Source of the DNA: Neocallimastix sp. 'constans'
Lineage: Eukaryota
Direction of reading: 5' to 3'
DNA length: 64,000 nt
Assembly: GCA_050613775.1 (NCBI GenBank)
Contig: JBODTK010000130.1
Span: 1-64,000, forward strand
The notes under the pieces are model-generated. The model saw only the letters and a program-made list of their open reading frames with translations. It was not told the DNA's origin and did not search any database. Position numbers and translations under genes: made by a program. Positions 23,965 through 37,590 of the stretch are shown here, piece after piece; the first letter of the stretch is position 1; the number at the start of each line of letters is the position of its first letter.

Positions 23965-24119
23965 TTTAATAAATAGTTGTAATAATTAATTTAATTATTA
24001 GTTAAAAAAAATAAACAAATAAATAAATAAAAAAAATAAATAAATAAAAATAAAATAAAAAAAAATAACAAAATAAATTGTTTTTATTGTAATCCTTTTA
24101 TTTCTTATATAACCGAACA
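23018..24119 (+). repeat. 3' LTR of element 2
   Basis: Matches 16245-17240 with few substitutions; expanded 15-bp GTTTAGTTTTAAATA array at ~23721-23820. Confidence 0.92.
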
Positions 24120-24123
24120 TCGA

Positions 24124-24511
24124 TGGTACAAGACCAATTGAAAAATGAAAATTAAATACGACTAAATTTACAAAAAAATATAGAAAATCAAATTAATCCA
24201 TAAAAGGATAAATTAAATTGAAATTTATATGTAAAGTATAAAATTAGAAATTATTAAGACTCTCTCTTTTCCACATATAACTTTATTAAATGTAAAAAAT
24301 TAGATTGAATGACAATTCAATCTAATTTTATTTTTGATCAATTGAGATTTCAATTGATCAAAAATAAAATTTTAATAAAAATTAAATAAACAATTTATAA
24401 ATTAGAATTTAAGTATTTAGTTATAATATACAATTTTAGTGTGAATTACTTATTATTGTGAATATTAATATAATTAGATTTAAATTTTAAAAATTCATTT
24501 ACATTGTACCA
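24124..24511. mobile_element. Short solo LTR (LTR-G) or MITE, 388 bp
   Basis: 8-bp TIR TGGTACAA/TTGTACCA; flanks ATCGA/TTCGA; internal perfect 22-bp inverted repeat at 24324-24371. Confidence 0.6.
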
Positions 24512-24587
24512 TTCGATGTGTAATAATCATACTAAGTGCTATTACTTAATAAGATTAATAACTTCATCGTCATCGTCATCATTTTAG

Positions 24588-25226
24588 TGATGACGATGAT
24601 GACGATGATGAAGAAGATAATCATTATCCAAGTCTAGATGAAATTATTTAATGAGTTAAAATCATTTTATGGAAAAAAAGAAGATCAAAACGTCTTACTT
24701 AAGGAACTTCGCTCCTTAAAAATTAAAAAGTATGAAAAAGTTAAAGATTTTAACATTCGCTATCGATCACTCTATTTAAAACTCGATAAAAAGAGGAAAG
24801 GAAGAATTAGTGTATTGGATTATGCTGATTCTTTGAAAAATAATAAAGAAGCTTGGAAAAAGGTTTGTTTCGCTCAAGGATGACATTTCTTTGAAGAAAG
24901 CATTTGCAATAGCTGAAAAAGTAGATAGATTGATGCCTACCTTTAACCAAGAAATAAACGAAAATTTTAGAACAAATTTCAACAATTCTTATAACTCATC
25001 AAATTTTAATAACAAACAATCTAAAGGAAAAGTATTTAATGATTCAAAAATAAAGGAAAAAGATTCAACTGTTGATAACTTAGCTAAAAGAATAAAAGGT
25101 TTAACTGTTAGTACTTGTTTCTTTTGAAGCGAAGAAAGTCATTTTCAAACCGAATGTCCAGAACTTAATGCTATTATCAAAAAGAATTGTCAGGAATACT
25201 TCGAAAACAAACGTTTAAATCACTAA
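24588..25226 (+). pseudogene. gag: gag fragment of element 3
   Basis: FYGKKEDQNVLLKELRSLKIKKYEKVKDFN aligns with element 2 gag; frameshift and stop present. Confidence 0.8.
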
Positions 25227-27195
25227 AAGGGAGAAGAAGCACTCCTATTGTCAATAAAATAGCTTCCATTAAATATCAACAATCTTCAGCTAATGATTAC
25301 TTTCATGAAGAAATAGAAGATCAAGAAAAAAGTTATGAATTATCTGAGGATGAAATCGAAGAAGAAGAAATCAATGATTTAAATGATAATGACTTAATTC
25401 AAGATGAAAACGACTACTTGGTTGCTGCTTTTAAAAGAAAGTGTGATAACATTAGTAAAGATCATAAAGGTAATCAAGAAAAGAAAATTCACGAAAGTCT
25501 TAGAGATAATCCTCGACCAATTGTTACTCCAGCTTTGCGAAAGAAGAAAGAAAATGAATTGAAAGTTAATCCAACTCCAAAACAAACATCAAGTCAGATA
25601 CATCCTTCGATAATGTCACAACCCTTAATCAATCTTGAAAAACAAAAAGAAAAAGAAATTCGTAATAAAGAACGTGTTAGTACTTCTCAATCACCTATGG
25701 AAATTACTGATATAGATTTATCTAATCGCAGAAAAGAAAAAGAAAAAAGAAAAAAGGTTAGTGATACAGAACTTGCATCTACTTCCACCTCGCCCATTGA
25801 AATTGTTGATATTGATGAAACTGATCATATTATTTCTAATAATGATGAAAACAGTATTCCAAATAATACATTAAATACACTCATTAATGAGAAAATAAAA
25901 GTAAATAAAATTCCTGGAAACAAAATTCCTAGAGTTCCAAGAAAGATCCAAATGATAGCTGATCATCTACCTTACAATGTTATTAAAGACTTAAATACTA
26001 CTAAATGTAATATTACCTTTGGAGAATTATTTGAAGTATCACCAAAAATCAGATCTCAAGTTGCAAAAGGTTTATAGTTAGAAAAAGATTCTATTAGGAT
26101 AGCCGGTGCCGTTGACAACATTTCTGCTACTATTACTATAGTTAATAATCTTGATCACACTTATAAAAGTAAAAACAAAGAACCCAAAAAAGATGATATA
26201 GCCATGGTCGACGTTACTGTTGAAGGAGTCAAAAGAAAAGCATTGATTGATTCTTGTAGTAATTTAAATATTATTACTAATCAATTCCTTAGAAAGTTAC
26301 CTTCTGTATATGAACCTATTGGAATCAGTCAGGAAGAATCCGACTAGCAACTATTAATGATGATTATTCAGAAGATTATTTAATCAATATTCCTATACAA
26401 ATTAATAATTTCCATATGGTTGCTACATATAAAGTTATAGATAAAGAAGATTCTTTCTTTGATATTATTATTAACTTGAAAACTCAAATAGATCATAAAT
26501 TGTTTATTCATCCTATTCTTTATAGTCTTTGCCAATTCAATGATAATGGATCTATTGATGAAATTGCTCCTATAAACAATCAATATGAAAATGAAGAAAA
26601 ATTAGTATGTTTTGTGAAAGCTATTTCTAATGAATCTATTAAGAACGAACTTAAGAAAATGGAAGGTCTTCCTCCTCGAGAATATATTCATAACGAAAAA
26701 TTTACCAATACTCTTAATAAAAAGTATCGAGATCAAATAATTAAACTTTTAGAAGATAATATAGTTATAATTGCGGCCTCTTCTGAAGAATTAGCACCTT
26801 CGAACTTATCTCCACATAAAATTCACCTTAAACCTGGTGCTAGGCCAATTAAACAAAAATTTTATAGAATCTCAAAACTTAAAACAGATATTCATAAAGA
26901 AGAACTTACCAAATTAATAAATAAAAGGCTTATTGAACCATCATACTCAGAATGGTCTTCGCCTGTTGTTCTTGTTCCTAAACCCAATAGTAAATGGAGA
27001 AAGTGTGTTGACTATAGAAAAGTCAATGATGATACTATAAAAGATTCATATTCTCTTCCAAATATAGATGAAATATTCGATAGTTTAAATAGTGCTATAA
27101 TATTTACTAAAATGGACCTTTACTCCGGATATCATCAAATACTTATGGATGAAGAAAGCGTTGAAGTTACCAGTTTTACCACAAAATTCGGAAAT

Positions 27196-27767
27196 TGTAA
27201 CGAAACTCATAACTAGCAAATTAGTAACCATGGTTCAATGGTAAGTTACCACAACCATCAGGCTGAACCCTTAGGGTTCGACACTCAATCTTTTCAAATT
27301 TTAATAACTTTTTATTTATTATAACTAGAATATTAAAGAAATTACTAGTGTTTATCGGTTAAACAATTGAACCGATAAAACTAGAAAAATCTATTTTATT
27401 AACATTTTTTATCTTTTTTTATCTAAGATTCATTTTCTAGAAAAAAAACTTGTTTTCTTTAATTTTCTTTAATTTTCCTTTATCTCTAATAATTATTAAT
27501 AACAACTGATAACTTAAAATAATTATTTTCCTGAAAAACTATAAATAGGTGTAAAATTTCATAATAAAATGTTTTTACTTGTGCTTTTATTAATTAATTT
27601 TAAAGTAATTTAAAATATTACAATAATTAATTAAAAAAATAATAATTTACATTTTTACTAATAAAAAAACTTATTTTAATAAAACATATTTTGAATTACT
27701 TTAGTGTCGAGAACCTTTTGTGTAAAAAACCTTAAAACAATCTTAGGTAACATTAAGATTTGTTACA
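27196..27767. mobile_element. Solo LTR inserted in RT of element 3
   Basis: TGTAACGAA...TTTGTTACA, perfect 5-bp TSD GAAAT (27191-27195, 27768-27772); removing it restores TKFGNYQFKV. Confidence 0.92.
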
Positions 27768-27877
27768 GAAATTATCAATTCAAAGTCAAGCCTTTCGGAC
27801 TTACTAAGGCTCCAGCAACTTTCCAACGTGAGATGAACAAAATTCTCTTCCCTTTCATTGGTGATTTTGTTTTCAAC

Positions 27878-28079
27878 TTCATTGACGATATCCTTATATA
27901 CTCAAAATCTTTAGAAGAACACTTAAAGTATTAATATAATTTTCCATTTTTTCCACCATTTCAAATCTAGATTTAAATTCATTGACGATATCCTTATATA
28001 CTCAAAATCTTTAGAAGAACACTTAAAGTATTAATATAATTTTCCATTTTTTCCACCATTTCAAATCTAGATTTAAATT
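27878..28079. repeat. 100-bp tandem duplication spanning the RT/insert junction
   Basis: 27878-27979 repeated at 27978-28079. Confidence 0.92.
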
Positions 28080-29011
28080 TAAATTTATTTAGGTTTTGAT
28101 TTATCTGAATGGCTAATTTGTTATTAATAAAGTATAATTTTATTATTTCAATGTTATTGGTGCATTTCTTAATTTTAGAAAGTACATTATTATATTCTTT
28201 TGATAAGACACTTGATCCTTGATTTAAAATATATTTTATGTTATAAATCATAAATTTATCATCAATTGTATCCGTAACAAATTGAAACTTTCTTTCAGTA
28301 TTATTATAAGTTGTGAATTCCGAAGTTTCAATGTCAGTATCGAATAAATCAGTAGAATAATTGTTCATTCTTCCTGCCTTATTAGCAATATTAATATAAT
28401 AGTACATATCATCCGAATAATATTCACCATAAAAATTACTAAGATATTTTGATTGTACAATATTTGAAAAATCACTTAATAATTCATAATTGTATATTCC
28501 ATTAATGGGTGAATTATTTTCAATATCTAATGAACTAACTTGAGGAAATTGATATATATTTTCAACATAATCAATAAAATCAGATGTGTTCATTGTCACA
28601 TTTCCGTTTTTATCTACTCCAATAAAACCATCTGAATATTTAAAAAATAAAAATAATTCATCTTCTAATTGATTATCAATGTAGTAAGAAGGATATCTTT
28701 CTATATAATATTCTATATATCCTCCCGTTTGGGATTTAATTTTTTCTAAAACTTTACTATATATTCTAATAATGTTATTGTATTCCACATTATCGTTTGA
28801 ATTTTCGATATCATCTCTCATCAAATATAATGTACTATTTAGATTTGTCAAATATTGACTGAATTGATCATAAATATTCAATTCGGATACGGTTAAGGGC
28901 ATTAAGTATTTAATATCCTCAAATTCAAAATTACTATAAGTATTTAATATCCTCAAATTCAAAATTACTAATATTTATATTTCCATTATTTGAATTCCCA
29001 TTAGAATGCAT
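27994..29011 (-). pseudogene. Intronless unknown ORF (Tyr/Asn/Ile-rich), 3'-truncated by the insertion junction
   Basis: 322-aa open frame. Removing a 34-bp tandem duplication (28903-28970) links it to an ATG at 29011 (MHSNGNSNNGNINISNFEFEDIKYLMP...). No family recognised. Confidence 0.55.
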
Positions 29012-29771
29012 TAAAAAAATACTATTTTTAATATATTAATTTAAATAAATATTATATTCCTCAAAATCTTCATCACTATTTGTTTCTTTTTCTTTATTTA
29101 TTTAATTTTTATATATAATTTTAAAATTATTTAATTATCTACTTATATTCTTTTTTTTTTTTTTTTTAAATAAAAATTAAATAATTAAAAATTTATTGAA
29201 AATTAAATATATTTTATATTACTTTATTTAATATTGTTTAACATAATATAATTATATAATAAAAATAAATAAAAATATTAAAAAACTATTATTATATCAT
29301 TATTTATATTAAAATTTTGATTAGTTAATATCTCTTGTTAGGAGAATTTTTTTTATTTAATTTTTTTTTTAAACAATATATATATAATTATTATTACTAT
29401 TATTAATAAAGTAATTGTTAGATTAATTATTTATCAAATGATAATTTTATATACTAATTAATCTTTATTTAATATATAAATATTATATATTAATTTAATG
29501 TATATATATTTATTCTAAAACTTATGACATCATATATATTTTATGTTTGATATTCATATTTCTATTTTATAAAATAAATGTAATTAAATTTTTTTGGTCT
29601 TTTCTTAAAAATAAACAAATAAAATAAATGAATGAATAAATAAAATAATAATTAAATAAATCATAAATTAAATTTAATATAGTTCTCAAGTTTCTACTGT
29701 ATAGCTAGTCAATAGTATTTATAATTATAATTATTATTACTTTATTATCTTTATTATTAATATAGTAATTA

Positions 29772-29872
<101 letters not shown>

Positions 29873-30357
29873 TTTATTATTATTATAGTAATTATAATTA
29901 TTTTTATTACTATTATTATTACTCTATTATTATTATAGTTATTATAATTATTTTTACTATTACTTATTTTACTTTATTTTGATAATTTTTATTATTATGA
30001 CTAGGACTATTATTACTAAAAAACATTTTATGGATGAACATTTTTTAAGGAATTTTTCATGAAATAACATGAATATATTATAATATTTTTACTTAAAACA
30101 CTAATTAAAGTATATTTTAGTAAAATATATTTACAATATAAAATTATGAATTTAAGTAAAGAATTTTATACTAATTTCGTACTGATATATATAATAAATA
30201 TAATATTGAATATTATATATTTTTTTTAATAATTTTATATAATAAAAATATTTAAAGCTAAATACTTAAATATATATAACTTTTCTCATAATTTTAATAA
30301 TAGTTAGTATATTAAAATTATTAAAATATTTTAATTCATAAATCATAAAAATTAGAT

Positions 30358-31050
30358 TTAATTATTTTTAATATTTCTATAATTCAATGAAATCATTAAT
30401 GAGTGAATTAAATACCAAACTGTACTAAAATATATCAGATTTTCTAATAATAACCTAATATTAAGTAGACCTTTTGTATGAGTATAACAATCTTCATACG
30501 CTGTAACTAGACTCATTATTGCCACAGTAAATATAAATGATTTATTTTCTGTATAATCCTCTGGTTTTAAAATAAAATTATTCCATTTATTTTTACTATT
30601 ACTATTATTATTAGTATCAGTATTAGTATTATTATTATGATAATGTTGATTATGTAAGTATATATATATTGAATCGATTAACGCTGAAATCAAACATAAC
30701 CCCATTCTCTTTAACCCCACAAATATTTTTATCCAAATGTCACTACAATACATTTTATAACAAAAAATATATTAAAAATTAATTCCAAAAACAATAAATA
30801 TTAAACATAAAAAAGATATGAAATTATTGTATTTAAATCCTGAACTAACGTATATTGAATTTATGAGAAACCAAATTAAAAAAAATCCTATATATTTAAA
30901 AGCTTGTGATATAGCTTCCCAAAAGTCATTATAATACTTAAAGTAGCAAAAAATTTGACTAGCATTAGTTCCGAAAACAATAATTACATAAAATAAAAAT
31001 GATTTATCTGTTGAATAATTTCGGGGTTTTAAAACAATTTTCGTTAACAT
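30358..31050 (-). pseudogene. Small multi-pass membrane protein with internal repeats; one in-frame TAA at 30772-30774
   Basis: The two track ORFs are in the same frame, 18 nt apart. Repeats: GTNASQIFCY..DFW..LINSIY vs GINF*YIFCY..DIW..LIDSIY, and LKPRNYSTDKSFLF vs LKPEDYTENKSFIF. Confidence 0.6.
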
Positions 31051-31468
31051 TTCCTTAATTAATTTATATAAATATTTATTTATATATCTTTTTAAAAAAA
31101 ATAAAATAATAATAACAATAGTTATAATATTTTTGATTTATTTATTTATTATTTCTTTTTCTTCCGACAATAAATCTTTTTATAACTTATTTATTTACTT
31201 ATTTTTTTATTATTAATATTTTATTTAATTATTAAACTTATTAATTTTTATTATTATTTGTTTAAAAAAAAAAAAAAAATTATGATAAAAATAAAAATAA
31301 TATAAAAATATAAATATGTTAATTTAAATATTAAAATTAGCTTTTTTAATGATTTTTGATATTGTATAAAAAATTTAAATAAATATAAAAAATTAAATAA
31401 AATAAAATAAAAAAAATTAAAAAAAAAACTAAACTATAATATATTTATTTAAAATATATAAAACCCAT

Positions 31469-31505
<37 letters not shown>

Positions 31506-33891
31506 TATTTAGTTTTATTATTTTATTATATTTTAATACATCTTTATTAGTTTCTGATAATTTTTGATATTTTTGATATAAATTTTTTTTAATTTTTTTT
31601 ATTTTATAAAATATAACTTTAATATAAAATAAATCTAATTTATAATAATTAAATTCATAATTATAATTAAATTCATAATACTTATTATAATTAAATTTAT
31701 TATATTTAAATTTATAAAATATTCTTATTCTATACTAATATTTTTCGTCTTTGTATGTTTATTAACCAAATAGAGAGAAATCAAAATCTTCATTATTATA
31801 TTGTTGAATATCATCAATAAATGACTTTATTATGTCTGGTGATTCATACCAATAGGATTGTATCAATAAGGTATAAATATCTTTCATCTCGAACATATTG
31901 CTAAAGTACTCGCTGTTTTCAAAGAACACAAACTAAAGATCAATATTGAAAAATGTTCGTTTATGCAAACAGAAGTTGAAGTCCTCGGTCACAAAATATC
32001 TGCAAAAGGTCTGAGCCCTCTTGATAGCAAGATTGAATCAATTAAAAATTGGAAACTTCCTTCAAACCTCCATGAATTACGGTCCTTCCTAGGGGCAATA
32101 GATTATTATCGAGACTTCATCGATAAATATGCTCGAATCACTGCTCCTCTTTGCAAATTGTTAAGAAAAGATGTTGAATTCCGATGGAATAAAGAACAAA
32201 TTGATAGCTTTAATATACTTAAAGAAAAATTAATGAATGCACTAATTTTAAAATTTCCATGTTTCGAGAAAGATTTTATTATTCGAACGGATGCATCGTA
32301 TGATGGCATTGGTGGTGTTCTATTACAAAAAGATGATGAAACAAAAAAAGAGCATCCTGTACACTATATAAGTAGAACATTAATTAAACATGAAAGAAAT
32401 TACGGAATCAAAGATCTAGAAGGAACTGCTCTATTTTATTGTTTAACATAATTTAAACCTTATATTATGGGAAATCCCATTAAAACAATAATCTATACTG
32501 ACCATAAGCCCTAAGTAGGATTATTCAACAAGAAATAACCAACAAATGCTCGACAAACCAGATGGTGTTTAGCTGTAAATCTTTTAGGTGTAGAAATTCG
32601 ATATGAACCTTGCAAAAAAGAACGTTGTAGATGATGCTCTTTCTCGAATGAAAAGTATAAATAATAAGAAAATATTGGCAACAAAACTCTCTTCAAAAGT
32701 TGATGAATCTTTATTATCTAAAGTTGTAAAAGAATTTATGGAAGAAAAATTTACAACAATTGATGGAATTGAATACTTTGTAGATGGAAATACTTATTGG
32801 AAATTAATCACTGATACTAATGAAAAGGTCAAACTTATTCTTGAAGCTCATGGCATAGGACATGAAGGATATAATAAAACTTACCAACGATTACGAAAAA
32901 GTTACTATTGGAACAACATGATAAACGATATTAAAAGAATTATTTCAAAATGCGAACAATGTCAATTAAATAGACCCAAAGCATACCCAGAACCAACAGA
33001 AGATATTCCAATAAAAGTTGAAGGGCCTTTCACACATTTAGGTTTAGATATAATTGGGCCTCTAGAAAAAACATCAAACAATAATAAATATATTTTGGTA
33101 ATCGTGGACTATTTTACTAAATGGGTAGAGGCTGAGCCAACTGAAAATGTAACTTCAAATGATGTAATAAAATTTTTAATTCATGTATTCTCTCGTCATG
33201 GTGTGCCTCAAACAATTACAACTGATAATGGTGTTCAATTCAATTCGGATATGATAAAAATGATCCTAGATCTTTATGATGTGTATGTGAGGTTCAGTAC
33301 CACTTATCATCCAGAAACGAACGGTCTTACAGAAAACCGAAATAAAGAAATTGGAAAACTACTTAGACTTTCAGGAAATAAACAAAAAGAATGAGACGAA
33401 GTCTTACCTTCCGCTTTATGGGTTCTTCGTACAACTAAAAATTCGGTTACTAATCACTCTAGCTTAGAACTTGTTTATGGACGAGAAGACCATCAACCCT
33501 TTGACATAGCTGCTAGACCAACTAAAAGTGTAAACAAATCTTCGGATGAAATCCTATTGTAAAAATTTGTCAATCACTACTTATGGACTATGGAAGCTGC
33601 GGCCAATATCAAAAATGCAAATAAATACTGGGCTACTTGTAGTGAACAAAAGAATAGTATGAATCAGGCCAAAATAATAAAACTTGGTGATTTAGTCTTA
33701 GTAAGGAATTTTACTCGAACCAAGTTAGAACCATATTTTGTTGGACCACTCCAAGTAATTAAGAAACAATTCAACACAGTAACATTGGCCGATCCTAAGT
33801 CGGGTATACAAATGAACCGCAATTTTCACTTGAAGAACATAATCAAGTTTAACTCAGCTTCTGTATAGCTTGAGTCTTAGCGAGGGCATCT

Positions 33892-34811
33892 TGTTAAGGA
33901 ATGAACAAATAATGTTAATTTTATTATTTTTCATAAAAATAACTTAATCACTAAAATTAAATTATTTATTTCCTTACTTGGAGAACTTTCTTTTGTTCTA
34001 TTACTGCCAAATTATTACTAATATTAAATTTTATTATTAATATAAATTCTTTATTAATATCAATATTTTATTATTAAAAATAATACTATATTATTAATAT
34101 CAATATTATAATCAATATCTAGTTTTATTAATATGATTTATTCTATCAATATTTTATTATTAAAGAAAAATTTTATTTTACAAATATTACTAATATAGAT
34201 TATTTATTATTAATAAAAATTAATATAATTAATAATAATTTAAAAATATTTTACTTAAATCCATGATCCTTGTCATTAAAATTAGTAATACTTCCTTCCA
34301 AAATACACCCTATTTATAATAATATTAATAATAGATAATAATCTAAAATACTTTTATTTAAAAATAGTACAAAATTAAATAATACTCTTTTACTAATAGT
34401 TCTGTAAAAGTAATAAAATTATTTTTAAAATATATTATCACTACAATTAATAATAAATAGTTTAGAATTTAATAATATATAATAATTATTTATTATAACA
34501 GAATAGATTATGAATTTATAATTTAAATACAATTCAAACATGTAACTCTAAAATATTCTAAAGAAATGGCTTGACCATTTCTAACGATAAAAAAAAATAT
34601 AAATAGATGAGAAAATTGTATTTTGAAAAATAAAAATAATCTTAAAGATATAATCTTATTAAAAAAAAAATTAAATTATCTTTAGTTTCAATTGAATAAT
34701 TTTTATTAAATAAATAAATATAATATTTTAAAAAAATATATTTTAATTTTTAATTTTTTTATTTTAGTATTTACTTCTATATTTATTATTAATCTGTCCC
34801 GAACCTCAACA
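33892..34811 (+). repeat. 3' LTR of element 3 (LTR-H)
   Basis: TGTTAAGG...CCTCAACA imperfect TIR; preceded by GCGAGGGCATCT exactly as in element 2; terminal CCCGAACC motif. Confidence 0.8.
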
Positions 34812-34815
34812 TTTG

Positions 34816-35513
34816 TGATCCGGAACTTGCTTATTTACTTCAAATAAGCATATATAAAAATAATAAAAAGAAAAAAAAATATAAAATGTTTATAATAATG
34901 AAATTATTTAAAATTAAAATAGTTATAATAAAAAAAAATTATTATAATAAAATTATTTATAATAAAAATAATTATCTATAAATAGTTTTTAATAAAATAA
35001 ATACAGAAATATTTAATTCTGTATAAAATTAAATCGTTTGACAATACTAAATATTATTTTTATTGTTTTCTCTAAAATAGATTATTATTTTCTCTATCCT
35101 TTTTACAATAATAAACTTTATGAGAATATGATATTAATAATTTACAAGAATATTAAATTATATATTAATTGATAAATTAAAATAATATTAAATTAGATAG
35201 TTAAAATTTTAAATATAAATAAATCATTAATAATTATACAACTATATTTTAAATTAGATACTTTAGAATAGGTTAATTTTAAAATATATTAATATTAAAA
35301 TAACATTCATAATAGAATAATATAATTAAATTATATGTTAATGTTCAAGATTCATGTAAAAAAACTATAAAAGGAAGAAATTTTCTTTCTTTTGAAAAAG
35401 GACGATAAAAAATAAAATAAAAATTTATAAAATACTTTTAAACTAATAAAAATTTATTTATAATATTTAATATTGTGTTTTTAAAATATTGTGTGTGATC
35501 TGTGTCCATATCA
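34816..35513 (+). mobile_element. Solo LTR-I
   Basis: TGATCCGG...CCATATCA, flanks TTTG/TTTA; AATACAGAA..TTCTGTATAA and CTATAAAAGG motifs resemble LTR-A. Confidence 0.6.
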
Positions 35514-36206
35514 TTTATCGATACGCAACTTATAAAAAAGTCACTTTAGGGTCAGAACAAACAAATTTTCTTAATATAAAATAATATATTCTAATAAGAA
35601 TTAAATAACACTCAAATAAAAAAATTATTTAAACCAAGATAATAATATTATTTAATATTTTAGTATTTTATTATTTTCTCTGCTTTTATATTTCAAATTA
35701 ATAATTTTATATATTTATCTTTAAAATCTATTTTCTATATTTATTATTTATTATAAAATTTCTCTCTCTATTTTCTAATCTTAATTGTAAAGTATAAATC
35801 TCTTATTTTAACTAAGCATAATTATAGCTTTATTGTTTGAGAACTTATTACAATCGTAATTTTGACCTTTAATACCTTGAAATTTGGAAACTGATTTCCA
35901 GTAGCGTTCTAAAATATCGTCATATTTTTCACATTTATATTTTTTGATTTTTTTGTACAGTGTTCTAGATTCTTTAGTCCAGGAATAATAAGGCATTTTT
36001 GGAATAAATTTAATAAGATCCTTTATAATGCAGTTTGATTTACTCCATTTTGCAAATGATTTAATCTGTAAGGCTGCGCAGACACAAGCAATAGGAGGAA
36101 TGCTTAGATCTCGAGATAAAGCATAAGTACTCATAGTAGAATTATGTCTAATATAGTCATTGTCTTCTGAACTTGTTTTACCATTTTTAGAGAATGAGCC
36201 GATACA

Positions 36207-37427
36207 TCAAAATAGACTAGTATTAATTAATGTTTGAATTCTGGCCGTTCTAGATTTGTTTGAACCAAGTAAAGGAGAATAATAAATTACTTTACCAATA
36301 ATAAAGGATTGAAGAACTTTTTTCTTGAATGCAATAGGAATAAGTTTATTTGAGAAGAAACGTGTAAATGAAAGAAGGGATTTTCTAACTTTAAAATGCA
36401 TGTGAGATATAATGTGTTCTAGTATGAGATCATCAGAAAAATGAATACCAAAATAAATATAACTAGAAACTTTAGGAATAGCATTCATTCCTAAATAGAA
36501 GGTTGGGTCACTATAGTTTGGAGAAGACTGGAAGTTCATTGATATTATAACCATAGTTGCACATTTTTCAATACCAAAAGTCATTTCATTTAAATTAGCC
36601 CATTTACGTACCTTTTTTAATAATTTTTCTAAATTTTTTGCACTTGGAGCAATGAGAACAACATCATCAGCAAAGAGTCTACCACAACACTTTTTTCTTC
36701 CAATATTAACACCATACCCATACTTTTCACAGTTATTTAATATATCATTGATGAATAAATTGAATAAAATTGGAGATAATGGACAACCTTGACGAACACC
36801 TCTTTTAATAGGAAATTCATTTGATAACATTGAAGCAAATCGAGCACGTGCTTTAGATGAAGTATATAAATTACATAGAAAATCAAAACATTTACCATGT
36901 ACTCCATAATGATATAATTTAGTAAGAATGTTAAAAATTGGAACTGAATCATAAGCTTTTTTAAGATCTAAAAAGGCTAAATATGTGAATTTTCCTTGAA
37001 ATTTTCTTCTTTGGCATATTTCTCTAACGGAAATGAATAAACTAATGCATTCTTCACGGTTGCGAAAGCCAAATTGTTCAGGTCTAATGAAATTGTGTGA
37101 GAGTGCGTAAGTAGATATTCTATCTGTTATAATTTTTGAAATGATTTTCAGTCCAACATTAATGAGAGAAATACCTCGATAATTACTACAATCTGATAGG
37201 TCACCTTTCTTAGGGATTGACACAATAGAAGTAGAGTTCCATTTTTGAGGAAAGGACCCATTCCATATTTTATTAAAAATCAATTTAGGACACTTTCCAG
37301 CGGCATGATGTGTTTCTAGTAATACTTCATTGCAAAACAGAGCTTTGTAGAATTCAATCGGGATACCATCGGGGCCGGGTGCTTTGTTGTTTTTCATAGA
37401 TGAAATAATTTTTTCTAATATCGTCAA
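36207..37427 (-). pseudogene. LINE reverse transcriptase portion
   Basis: 406-aa ORF with non-LTR RT motifs including LFADD. Confidence 0.88.
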
Positions 37428-37590
37428 TCGTAATAGGATTGTTGATATTCCAGGTAGAGGATCTAAGACTAATATTCCTTAAAGCATGAATCCAAAAGTT
37501 ACGATTAAGGCTGTGACCTGAGGGATCAGAAGCTAGATCTTTATAATATTCAGCCCATCTATCTAATTGTTTAGTAGGAGAGATAATATC

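Larger units (their letters stand above)
16245..24119 (+). mobile_element. Ty3/Gypsy element 2, full length with two LTRs, coding region disrupted
   Basis: Near-identical ~1-kb LTRs (16245-17240, 23018-24119), PBS, gag and fragmented pol. No matching TSD seen. Confidence 0.93.

Noticed and set aside
35514..35807. tRNA or other Pol III gene anchoring the LTR stacks (Ty3-style targeting)
   Set aside because: No cloverleaf or A/B box seen here or next to the other junctions; one outside the window cannot be excluded.
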